Assembly: GCA_049607155.1 (NCBI GenBank)
Contig: JBMYWG010000005.1
Span: 6,157 to 70,156 of the forward strand
Direction: 5' to 3'
DNA from: Psychrobium sp.
GTDB lineage: Bacteria; Pseudomonadota; Gammaproteobacteria; Enterobacterales; Psychrobiaceae
Length of the DNA: 64,000 nucleotides
The translations under genes and the position numbers were made by a program. Below the pieces are notes generated by a model. The model was not told the origin of the DNA, did no database searches, and saw only the letters and a program-made list of their open reading frames with translations. Of this stretch, positions 43,633 to 52,127 are shown in pieces. Each line of letters begins with the position of its first letter. Position 1 is the first letter of the stretch.

Positions 43633-43901
43633 TTTTAAATGTTGCATTTTTGTTTCAAAATGATGAATTGTTACGCGAAACACACGATTTAATGAGATAT
43701 AAACGACATTAAAGCTAGTCGCATTGTGACTTAATTCACATAAATCAATTTAGGAATTTGTAACAAGTGTTTAAGAAAATGACTATTTTAAGTACCTATT
43801 GTGCATAACAAAATTTCAACAAATAGCCATTAAAACCTTGTTATTGCTCACAATGGGAAAATTCTAAGCACTAACACTTTAGTATAAAAAGCGTAAAAAT
43901 T

Positions 43902-43915
43902 TGACTAATTAGTCA
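43902..43915. promoter_or_regulatory. Perfect 14-bp palindrome TGACTAATTAGTCA (TGAC-N6-GTCA class)
   Basis: Lies about 115 nt upstream of the receptor ATG. A related TGACA-N6-TGTCA sits 10 nt downstream at 43925-43940. Confidence 0.3.
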
Positions 43916-44030
43916 TTTATTCGGTGACATTAAAGTGTCATAAAAGTTCGATATTTTGTACGAAATATTTATAATTCACCCTAGAAAAACAAACTCGTTA
44001 TTAAATTTAACGTCAAGGAACTATTCTATA

Positions 44031-47000
44031 ATGAATAACTTACTAAGAAAAACCGCCGCAGCTAGTGCTGTAGCAATTGCTTTAGGCATGACTGCACCAG
44101 CGTTTGCAGCTGACACTTCTTCAGCGCTTCGTGGTAAAGTTGTTACTGCTTCAGGCCAACCTGCTGCAAACACTAAAATCACCATTACTCACGTTCCTAC
44201 AGGCACCAAGCGTGTTTTAGAAACAAACGCAGAAGGTAACTACTCTGCAAATGGTTTAAAAGTTGGCGGTCCATACACGATCGAGATTGATTCACCAACC
44301 CTACAAGATCGCAAAATCAACGATCTTTTCCTACAACTAGGCGAAGTTAGACGTTTAACGACAGAACTTTCTTCCGCAAATGTTGAGCGTATTGCAATCA
44401 CTGGTTCGGTTATCGCTGAAACAGCACCTGGAAGTTCAAGCTACTTCGGTGAAGACGCTATCGCCGGTGCTTCAAGCCTTACGCGTGACATCAAAGACGT
44501 TATTCGTGCAAACCCATTAGTAACTATTCTTCCTGGTTCAGACCGTCAAATGACGATTGCAGGTATGAACCCTAAGTTCAATTCGATTACCGTTGATGGT
44601 ATCAGCCAAAACGATGATTTTGGTCTAAACGGTGGTGGTTACCCAACACAGCGTTCACCAATCCCTTTTGATGCACTAGATCAAGTAACTGTTGACGTTG
44701 CACCATTTGACGCTAGTAAGTCTGGTTTCAGCGGCGCACTAATTAACTCAGTATTCAAATCAGGTACTAACGAGTTCAAAGGTGGTTTCTTTTACGAAAC
44801 ACTAAATGACAGCATGGCTGGAACTCCTACAACTCGTAACCGAGATGGTGAGCTTGAAGACATTCCATTAGATTATGACGAAAAAACTTGGGGTGTTAGC
44901 CTAGGTGGTCCATTAATCGAAGACAAATTATTCTTCTTCACATCATACGAGAAGTTCGATTCTCCACAAGGTGTTGAGTGGGGACCAGCTGGTTCTGGTG
45001 CAGCAAACGAAACAGATGCTTCATTAGAAGATATCGCTGAAGTTAAACGTATTGCTTCTGAAGTATACGGTATCAGTGATTTAGGTGATTGGAACACAAC
45101 ACCTGTAGAAGAAGATGAAAAATTAGTTGCTAAACTTGATTGGAATATCAATGATGAACACCGTTCTTCATTAACTTACCAATACAACAAAGGTAACCGT
45201 ACTCGTAACACTTCAACAAGCCCAAGTGAACTGCGCTTATCTTCACACTGGTACAATAAAACTGAAGAATTAAACAACATCGCAGCTAAATTGTACTCAG
45301 ATTGGTCAGATGATTTTTCTACTGAAATCAGCTTAACCCATAAGAAAGTAACAACTGGTCAAGATTCTTTTGATAAGAGCCTTGGTGACGTAACTATCCG
45401 CGGATTAAGTGACGGTGGGCGCATTGCATTCGGTTCTGATGAATACCGTCATGCAAACTCACTTGAAAATGAAACTTTAACTTTCAAGTTTGATGGTACT
45501 TACCTTTACGAAGATCATAGCATTAAGTTTGGTTTAGACTACACAAATATCGATATCTTAAACCTTTTTGTAAATGCTTCTAAAGGTGTAATGGAATTCG
45601 ACAGTCTTGCTGACTTCGAAGCGGGCAACGTTGGTAAATACACTTACCAAAACGGTATCGGCAACGATTCAAGCATCGCTGCTGCTGATTTCAACCGTGA
45701 AACTATTGCATTATACGTTCACGATACTTGGGAATTCAGTGACGACCTAACGTTAGACTTCGGTTTACGTTATGAAGTATTAGGTTCAGATGACAAACCA
45801 CTTTATAACAAAAACTCTGAAGCACGTACTGGTTACAACAATACTGAAAACCTAGACGGCATCAGCATTGTATTACCACGTTTTGGCTTTAACTACACTG
45901 TTAATGACGATCTAACTGTTCGCGGTGGCATCGGTCGCTTCTCTGGCGGTAATCCAAATGTTTGGATTTCTAACGCATACTCTAACAGTGGTGTTAACCT
46001 TGGTTACTACCGTGCAGAAGACTTCACGACAACTCCTACGCCAGGCAACAACGTAATTACTAGCATTTACGGTCCAGCTGCTGAAGCTATCAACAATGCT
46101 GACGCCGATGGTAACGTTAACTTAACAGATCCTAACTTCAAACTGCCTTCAGATTGGCGTTATCAGTTAGCTGCTGATTACAACCTTGATATCCCAGGCA
46201 TCGGTGAAGATTTCGCGGTATCTGTTGAAGCTATCTACGTACAAAAAATCGATCAGCAATGGTGGGTTGATGCGTCACTTCAAGAGTCAGACATCGCAGG
46301 TAAAACTGCTGATGGTGGCCTAACGTTATACAATGATGATGACCGTCGCTATGACCTAATGCTAACTAACTCAGATAAAGATGGTAAATCTATGATCTTA
46401 TCTGCGTCGATTGCTAAAACTTTCGATAACGGCATCAAATGGTCAACATCATATACTAACCAAGACATCACAGAGGGTCATGGTGGTACAAGCTCTACAG
46501 CACGTAGTAACTACCGTTACAATGTTGGTCTAGATCGCAGCAACCCAGTGGTTGGTACTGCTAACTACCAAATCGAACATCGTTTCGTTATGACACTTGG
46601 TTACGAAGCAGAATTCTTCGACGGTTATGCAACTAACTTCGACGTATTCTTCGAGCGCCGTTCAGGTAAGCCATTCTCTTACGTAACTAACTGGGACGAC
46701 TTTGGTGATTACGACGATCCATGGTCAATGCTAAGCCCTGGTTTCTACGCAGGTAACTACTTGCCATACATCCCTACAGCGGGTGACAGCAACGTGATTT
46801 ACACTGACAACACAAGCGAAGCTGAAGTATTAGCTCGTATTGAAGAAGCTGGTTTAAGCGGCTACGCGGGCGGTTACGGACCTAAGAATGAGTCTCGTAC
46901 TCCTTGGGTTAATACGCTTGATTTAACTATTCGTCAAGAAATCCCAGGTCTAATGGAAGGTCACAAAGGTTCTGTTTACCTGACAGTAGACAACCTTCTA

Positions 47001-47186
47001 AACCTAATCGATAGCTCACAAGGCAAGGTATACGTAAACGATTTCGGTACTTCACGTCTATATAAAGCGACAATCGATCCAGAAACTAAGAAATACGTAA
47101 TCAACGGTGTTAAAAACGATAGCAATACGTTTGACCCACAAGAGTCTACATGGCGCTTGAAAATTGGTGTTAGCTACAAGTTCTAA
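44031..47186 (+). CDS. Oar-like TonB-dependent receptor with N-terminal carboxypeptidase-regulatory-like domain
   Basis: Signal peptide MNNLLRKTAAASAVAIALGMTAPAFA, then the ALRGKVVTASGQPAANTKITITHVPTG.. beta-sandwich. A plug and a very large barrel follow, ending ..IGVSYKF. The ORF track starts at 43956, but ATG 44031 is preferred. Confidence 0.9.
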   Translation: MNNLLRKTAAASAVAIALGMTAPAFAADTSSALRGKVVTASGQPAANTKITITHVPTGTKRVLETNAEGNYSANGLKVGGPYTIEIDSPTLQDRKINDLFLQLGEVRRLTTELSSANVERIAITGSVIAETAPGSSSYFGEDAIAGASSLTRDIKDVIRANPLVTILPGSDRQMTIAGMNPKFNSITVDGISQNDDFGLNGGGYPTQRSPIPFDALDQVTVDVAPFDASKSGFSGALINSVFKSGTNEFKGGFFYETLNDSMAGTPTTRNRDGELEDIPLDYDEKTWGVSLGGPLIEDKLFFFTSYEKFDSPQGVEWGPAGSGAANETDASLEDIAEVKRIASEVYGISDLGDWNTTPVEEDEKLVAKLDWNINDEHRSSLTYQYNKGNRTRNTSTSPSELRLSSHWYNKTEELNNIAAKLYSDWSDDFSTEISLTHKKVTTGQDSFDKSLGDVTIRGLSDGGRIAFGSDEYRHANSLENETLTFKFDGTYLYEDHSIKFGLDYTNIDILNLFVNASKGVMEFDSLADFEAGNVGKYTYQNGIGNDSSIAAADFNRETIALYVHDTWEFSDDLTLDFGLRYEVLGSDDKPLYNKNSEARTGYNNTENLDGISIVLPRFGFNYTVNDDLTVRGGIGRFSGGNPNVWISNAYSNSGVNLGYYRAEDFTTTPTPGNNVITSIYGPAAEAINNADADGNVNLTDPNFKLPSDWRYQLAADYNLDIPGIGEDFAVSVEAIYVQKIDQQWWVDASLQESDIAGKTADGGLTLYNDDDRRYDLMLTNSDKDGKSMILSASIAKTFDNGIKWSTSYTNQDITEGHGGTSSTARSNYRYNVGLDRSNPVVGTANYQIEHRFVMTLGYEAEFFDGYATNFDVFFERRSGKPFSYVTNWDDFGDYDDPWSMLSPGFYAGNYLPYIPTAGDSNVIYTDNTSEAEVLARIEEAGLSGYAGGYGPKNESRTPWVNTLDLTIRQEIPGLMEGHKGSVYLTVDNLLNLIDSSQGKVYVNDFGTSRLYKATIDPETKKYVINGVKNDSNTFDPQESTWRLKIGVSYKF

Positions 47187-47220
47187 TCTGAACTTCAGTT
47201 AAAAAACCAATTTAAAACAA

Positions 47221-47251
47221 AATACCAACCTTCGGGTTGGTATTTTTTTGT
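47221..47251 (+). terminator. Intrinsic terminator after the Oar-like receptor
   Basis: AATACCAACC-ttcg-GGTTGGTATT followed by a T7 run. Confidence 0.9.
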
Positions 47252-47358
47252 CTATTGAAAAAACATTTGTTAAGGAAATCACACTCTAAGTGCACGATAA
47301 GTTTATCAAATCTTGCCACTGCCGTATGATAGTGTGACTTTCATCTATCGAGATAATT

Positions 47359-48558
47359 ATGCGCAAGATTCTCATTAGTTCAGCGATTGCTCTATCGCTT
47401 ATTGGCTGTAATAATCAGCCACAACTCCCACAAAACCAAGAACACTCAACAGTTAAAATAGCGTCGTTTAATGTTAGTATGGACGCTACCAATTACGTTG
47501 GCCGCGATGCAAAACAGACGACTAACAAAGTACTTTTAACTGAGCTTAAAAATGGTAACCAGCAAATTAAAAACATTGCTGAAATTATTCAGCGCACTCG
47601 CCCTGATATCATTTTGTTAAACGAATTTGATTACATCACCGATCCCAAACAAGGCGTTGAGCGTTTTATCAAAGAATACTTAAATGTTGCGCAACACAGC
47701 GATGTGAAAGCAATCGACTATCCGTATTACTACTACTCTACCGTTAACACAGGTAAGCCAAGTCCGTTTGATTTAACCGGCGATGGTAAAGCAACAGGCA
47801 CGCAAGGCGATGCTTGGGGTTTCGGTTTTTTTGAAGGCCAATACGGCATGGTATTGCTATCGAAATACCCTATTGATACCGCCAATGTTCGAACCTTCCA
47901 ACATTTTAAATGGAAAGACATGCCTGATGCGTTGCGCCCTATTGTGCCAAGTACAGGAAAATCATTTTATAGTGATGCAGCGTGGAATGAGTTTCCATTA
48001 TCATCTAAGTCCCATTGGGATGTACCAGTCACGGTCAATGGACAAACTATCCACGTGCTAGCATCACACCCAACACCACCAGTGTTCGATGGTCCAGAAG
48101 ATAGAAACGGCAAGAAGAATCACGATGAAGTGCGCTTTTGGCATGACTATGTGACGCCAGATAAGGCCAACTACATCTATGACGATAACGGTGTATTTGG
48201 CGGTATTGAATCAAACGCGCGCTTTGTGATCATGGGGGATCAAAACTCATCGTCTACTGAAGGTAATTCGCGTAAAGAAGCCATTGGAGCCCTACTTTCA
48301 AGCCCACTGACCAATGACGTATCAATACCTATGAGTCGTGGTGGTGATTTACATAAAATCGACAACAAGCTTTCTAAACATCATACCGCATATTGGGGAA
48401 TGCGCGCCGACTATGTGCTGCCATCAACCTATGGTTGGGATGTTATCGACAATGGGGTGTTCTGGCCTCACACCGATAGCGAATTATACCGTTTAGTAAA
48501 AGATCGCAATGCATCATCAGATCACCGCTTAGTTTGGTCGACACTTAAACTAAAATAA
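47359..48558 (+). CDS. Endonuclease/exonuclease/phosphatase (EEP)-family lipoprotein
   Basis: 399 aa with lipobox LSLIGC. EEP-like motifs are present (ASFNV.., LLNEFD, ..SDHRLVWSTL at the C-terminus). Confidence 0.75.
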   Translation: MRKILISSAIALSLIGCNNQPQLPQNQEHSTVKIASFNVSMDATNYVGRDAKQTTNKVLLTELKNGNQQIKNIAEIIQRTRPDIILLNEFDYITDPKQGVERFIKEYLNVAQHSDVKAIDYPYYYYSTVNTGKPSPFDLTGDGKATGTQGDAWGFGFFEGQYGMVLLSKYPIDTANVRTFQHFKWKDMPDALRPIVPSTGKSFYSDAAWNEFPLSSKSHWDVPVTVNGQTIHVLASHPTPPVFDGPEDRNGKKNHDEVRFWHDYVTPDKANYIYDDNGVFGGIESNARFVIMGDQNSSSTEGNSRKEAIGALLSSPLTNDVSIPMSRGGDLHKIDNKLSKHHTAYWGMRADYVLPSTYGWDVIDNGVFWPHTDSELYRLVKDRNASSDHRLVWSTLKLK

Positions 48559-48574
48559 GCGCTAACTTGAAAAC

Positions 48575-48604
48575 AAAAAAGCACAGCGTAAGCTGTGCTT
48601 TTTA
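48575..48604. terminator. Bidirectional intrinsic terminator
   Basis: aaaaaGCACAGC-gtaa-GCTGTGCttttt lies between convergent genes and overlaps the truC stop codon. Confidence 0.85.
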
Positions 48605-49375
48605 TTCCTCAAAATAGGCCAACGGTGACGTTGGAATATCGTTCCAGCCCACAGCGTCACAAATGTTTGTAAACGACTCAGGAATTGGTGCTAATAATTC
48701 AATTCCCTCACCTGAAACAGGATGATTAAATCGTAGCTGCGCTGCATGCAACATTAATCGCTGCTCACCTAAATGTGTTTTGAAATATTTATTTTGTTTG
48801 CCATCACCATGCGTAGTGTCGCCCATAATCGGATGGCGCAGATGCGATAGATGACGACGCAATTGGTGCTTACGTCCCGTTAATGGCTTTAGCGCCACTA
48901 AACTAAATCTAGCTTTATCATATTTACCAATTGGCGCATCATACTCTCCGCTTAATAAATGATACCAACGCGTGACAGCCTCCTGCGCCTCTTTATCTTG
49001 CTGAGCATCTTTGTCAGCGATTTTATCAAGCTCTTCTTTCAGCGGATAATCAAGCGTGTCATTACCCAATAAATAGCCGCGCACCATGGCAAGGTAGCCT
49101 TTTTCAACGGAGCGTTCACTAAATTGTTCGCTCAGCAGCCTCGCGACTTCACTCGATAGTGCAAACAGCAATACACCTGAGGTTGGTCTATCTAGACGGT
49201 GTATGGGATAAACATATTGGCCAAGCTGATCGCGCAGCATCGTCATCGCAAAATACGTTTCTTTGCGCGCCAAATACGATTTATGAACCAGTAAGCCTGC
49301 TGGTTTGTTTATGGCCACCATATACTCATCGTGATAGATGATTTCTAGTGGTTCAGAAAACTCCAAATTACTCAT
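48602..49375 (-). CDS. truC: tRNA pseudouridine(65) synthase
   Basis: 257 aa, closely parallel to E. coli TruC: HRLDRPTSGVLLF, TGRKHQLRRHLSHLRHPIMGD. Confidence 0.9.
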   Translation of the reverse strand: MSNLEFSEPLEIIYHDEYMVAINKPAGLLVHKSYLARKETYFAMTMLRDQLGQYVYPIHRLDRPTSGVLLFALSSEVARLLSEQFSERSVEKGYLAMVRGYLLGNDTLDYPLKEELDKIADKDAQQDKEAQEAVTRWYHLLSGEYDAPIGKYDKARFSLVALKPLTGRKHQLRRHLSHLRHPIMGDTTHGDGKQNKYFKTHLGEQRLMLHAAQLRFNHPVSGEGIELLAPIPESFTNICDAVGWNDIPTSPLAYFEE

Positions 49376-49692
49376 CAGTTAAATTGGTTATCTAGCTCTT
49401 TAATTAGCGTTAACAAATGACTCACATCCTTCACAGCGCCTTGCCATGATTCTTCAGCCATTGGGTAGATCTCGAATTCTTGAGGCAATGGTAGGCCAGA
49501 ATCAATAAGCATGGTCATTTTTGGCAGTAAAACAAATTCTAACCATTGGCAAAAAGTTAACGTATCACAACAAAACGGCTCTGTACTCGCTAATGCTTCT
49601 TCGCTCGGCAGTGTTGATTGCCATAGATCTAATCGCACCATCTCCTCGTTGATTTGCTCCAATAACGCTTTAACTTTGTCATTTTGTGCCAT
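49375..49692 (-). CDS. yqcC: YqcC-family protein (DUF446)
   Basis: 105 aa, colinear with E. coli YqcC (..EPFCCDTL.F.QWLEFVLLPKM..LP). It shares a 1-nt overlap with truC, as in the enterobacterial yqcC-truC pair. Confidence 0.8.
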   Translation of the reverse strand: MAQNDKVKALLEQINEEMVRLDLWQSTLPSEEALASTEPFCCDTLTFCQWLEFVLLPKMTMLIDSGLPLPQEFEIYPMAEESWQGAVKDVSHLLTLIKELDNQFN

Positions 49693-49817
49693 GATACTGC
49701 TCTCTTAATAATCTCTAAAAAACTGGCGCTATCATACGCGCAACTCTGCGCAATACCAATAGCGGTGCTTATTAATGATTGCTACAATAGCGCAAATTTT
49801 TTTAAAGGTAGTTTTTT

Positions 49818-50858
49818 GTGGATACCATCAACACGCTTAGTGAATTTTTACTCCAATCTGGCTCGCAATATCGCGTTTTTGATATGGGACGTCGCGTAAC
49901 AAAAATTAGCACCGATTTATTTAGTGATTTTGAACACGCAATAACCCCTTACCCTTATCCAATTCAGCAACATGCATTTGTCGCCATCGCATTTTGGAAT
50001 AAGCAACAAAGCAAAGAACACTACGTATGGTTTTTGAAACTGCCACTGGATGAGCGTGGCTTGCTAGAACAAGCTGCTCGCAGTCAGTTTCTAGAACTTG
50101 TCATCACAGCGCTAGGTAAAGCGTTAGACAAAACGCCGTCAAAAGAAGAGCAATCGGCTCTTGATCACAACCCGATTATCTTCAAGCCATCTGAGCAAAA
50201 GCTGGCGGCATTTACCAGCCACATGCGTCATCTCATGAAACTGCCACCAAGCCAATTTATGAGTCCAGCATTGTCTTATCTTCAAGATGAAAGCCAATTA
50301 GATAATTGGCAAAATGTAGGCTATCAAGGACTAGCTGATTTATCAGTAAGGCTTGATGACCCGATGATTGCCGGTGCAATTGAGCGAGTGCTAGACAAGC
50401 TACCACAAGAAAGTTTCTGCGCGCTATGTTGTGCGTTAGAAAATAGCAGTGTCAATACGGCCATGGCAGACAAATTATTGACTATCTTAGAGCAAGCACT
50501 AACAGAAAATAATGCCATCAGAGCCATACACGCGGCCCGCGCTTTATCAAATGCCAAAGGTGAAGGCTTTATTAAACAAGCCTATCAGCAATTAATACAA
50601 AGTGAGCTTGGCGATAACCAACTTGATTTACTTGCCACTATTAGCGGCCGATACTGGACGCAAATCAACGATGAGCAAAGCGCACTTGATTACCTGGAAA
50701 AAGTTGCCGCCGCCAATGTTAGCCAAGATATTTTTGGGCAACTATTTAGCGATCTAGTATTTATACCAAATTGTCGTATTGCGATGTTAAGTGCCCTTAG
50801 AAATCCAAATCGCACGAATCACTTGGCGAACTACATCGCTAAATTTATTGGCGCCTAG
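49818..50858 (+). CDS. Conserved hypothetical protein (possibly DUF3549-like; unverified)
   Basis: 346-aa ORF with a GTG start and no competing frame. Confidence 0.6.
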   Translation: MDTINTLSEFLLQSGSQYRVFDMGRRVTKISTDLFSDFEHAITPYPYPIQQHAFVAIAFWNKQQSKEHYVWFLKLPLDERGLLEQAARSQFLELVITALGKALDKTPSKEEQSALDHNPIIFKPSEQKLAAFTSHMRHLMKLPPSQFMSPALSYLQDESQLDNWQNVGYQGLADLSVRLDDPMIAGAIERVLDKLPQESFCALCCALENSSVNTAMADKLLTILEQALTENNAIRAIHAARALSNAKGEGFIKQAYQQLIQSELGDNQLDLLATISGRYWTQINDEQSALDYLEKVAAANVSQDIFGQLFSDLVFIPNCRIAMLSALRNPNRTNHLANYIAKFIGA

Positions 50859-50868
50859 GACTTACGAT

Positions 50869-51198
50869 ATGGAATTACTTAACATTATCGGCTTACTCAT
50901 TTTAGCGTGCGTCTTTTGGCTGTTTTGGCAAACGCGGGTAATGGCAGAGCTCGCTAAAAGCGAAACAGAGCGTTACGGCGAAAAACACGGCCTACAAATT
51001 CTAGCGCTTGCCCGTACGCAGCTAAAGCCTTCACGCAATGAACACGGTAGGTTTTGTTGGCGAGCAAGTTATCAATTTGAATTTAGTAGTGATGGTGAAA
51101 GCTATTATATCGGACACATTGTGATTAATGGCAACCGAGTCATATCAATTGAAACACCAGCCTATCGCCAGCCGACTGATAATCATGGTGGGTTGTAG
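50869..51198 (+). CDS. Small membrane-anchored hypothetical protein (possibly DUF3301-like; unverified)
   Basis: About 109 aa from ATG 50869, with N-terminal TM MELLNIIGLLILACVFWLFW. The ORF-track start at 50791 would overlap the upstream gene by 68 nt. Confidence 0.5.
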   Translation: MELLNIIGLLILACVFWLFWQTRVMAELAKSETERYGEKHGLQILALARTQLKPSRNEHGRFCWRASYQFEFSSDGESYYIGHIVINGNRVISIETPAYRQPTDNHGGL

Positions 51199-51244
51199 CT
51201 CAAGGTAAGTAATAACACTTTGCAGGTTACTTTTTTACAGGCAA

Positions 51245-51770
51245 AGAAAAAGGGTATAGCGCGATTAACGTTATACCCTTTTATGTGAACATGTTTTGCA
51301 CGTTCTCCTTCATAAGGTCACTCCCTAGAACCATCCCCTTACTCATCCTGAGCTATCCACTTGAGCTGTCCTACTCGTGTCCCTGCTACCGCTCTCGGTA
51401 GTGTCCTTTACTTCCCTGTTACTTCATCCATGTGAATAACCAATCCTGTTATCCTTCGCTGCAATCTAGCAGTGTCCTTGTAAATCCTTTGACCATCTTC
51501 CTTAACAGTCCACAATTAGTGTGTCCTTTCGTCATCCTAACGTGTTATTTCCTATAACTTCCATCCTTAGGCCACAATCCTTGTCAAATAGCTTCTTGCC
51601 ATTTTTAATCCATTGCGATTTTCCTAATCGGCTTGAACATCCTGTCTTTATATCACTTTAACTTGCTTTGGGGTCAATCAAATTATGTTAATTCATTCAT
51701 CCTGAATGACTGATATTTAAATGTATTAACAACCCACTTCCTGTGTTTTGTTATCAGCTCCATCCGATGA
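51245..51770 (-). ncRNA. csrB: CsrB/RsmB-class GGA-repeat small RNA (CsrA/RsmA sponge), boundaries approximate
   Basis: The region has no ORF. By manual count, about 25-29 GGA motifs occur on the minus strand in about 480 nt. Many sit in CsrA-type contexts (CAGGATG x3, AAGGAT, ACAGGATTG, AAAGGACAC x3). Short flanking inverted repeats would place GGA in loops, e.g. CGT-TAGGATG-ACG at 51530-51542. An intrinsic terminator closes the low-coordinate end. The region lies near yqcC-truC, as E. coli csrB does. Confidence 0.7.
51247..51285. terminator. Bidirectional intrinsic terminator (3' end of the GGA-repeat RNA on the minus strand)
   Basis: AGGGTATA-13 nt-TATACCCT. The minus-strand read is followed by UUUUUCUUU and the plus-strand read by TTTTAT. 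Confidence 0.8.
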
Positions 51771-51937
51771 GTTAATAGTAAATCAATATTCACCGAGCAC
51801 AAGGCACCCAAATGACAAAATTGTCTTGGTTATTTTATTGCCACAATCAGAGTTACACACTAAAACACAATATATCAACAACTTAAATCAACCAGTAAGA
51901 GATAGATGGTCAAATTTGCAATCGCCGCTTACATCTT

Positions 51938-51955
51938 TGTGAGAGATCTCGCACA
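51938..51955. promoter_or_regulatory. GacA/UvrY-box-like 18-bp palindrome upstream of the GGA-repeat RNA
   Basis: TGTGAG-AGATCT-CGCACA compared with the TGTAAG-N6-CTTACA consensus. It is a near-perfect palindrome about 170 nt upstream of the last GGA motif. Confidence 0.4.
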
Positions 51956-52127
51956 AGAGGTTTGAGATATTTCGCCGACCGCTCCATTAACCGTAACACA
52001 ATTATTATTCTTTTCTTGGCTAAGATGCCTTAAAAACAGGCGGTTTGCGACTAAAAGTGGCTTGCACTACACCTAACAAAACACTAGGATAACGCTATAA
52101 ATATTAATAAAAATTCTGAGATCCCCT

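Noticed and set aside
50791-50868. Upstream extension of the small membrane protein ORF, overlapping the preceding gene by 68 nt
   Set aside because: The internal ATG at 50869 is immediately followed by the TM helix and removes the long overlap. The extension peptide looks non-coding.
51748-51942. 64-aa plus-strand ORF in the large intergenic gap
   Set aside because: It has no RBS and a low-complexity, unconvincing peptide. It overlaps the 5' end and promoter region of the minus-strand GGA-repeat RNA. I treat it as a chance ORF.
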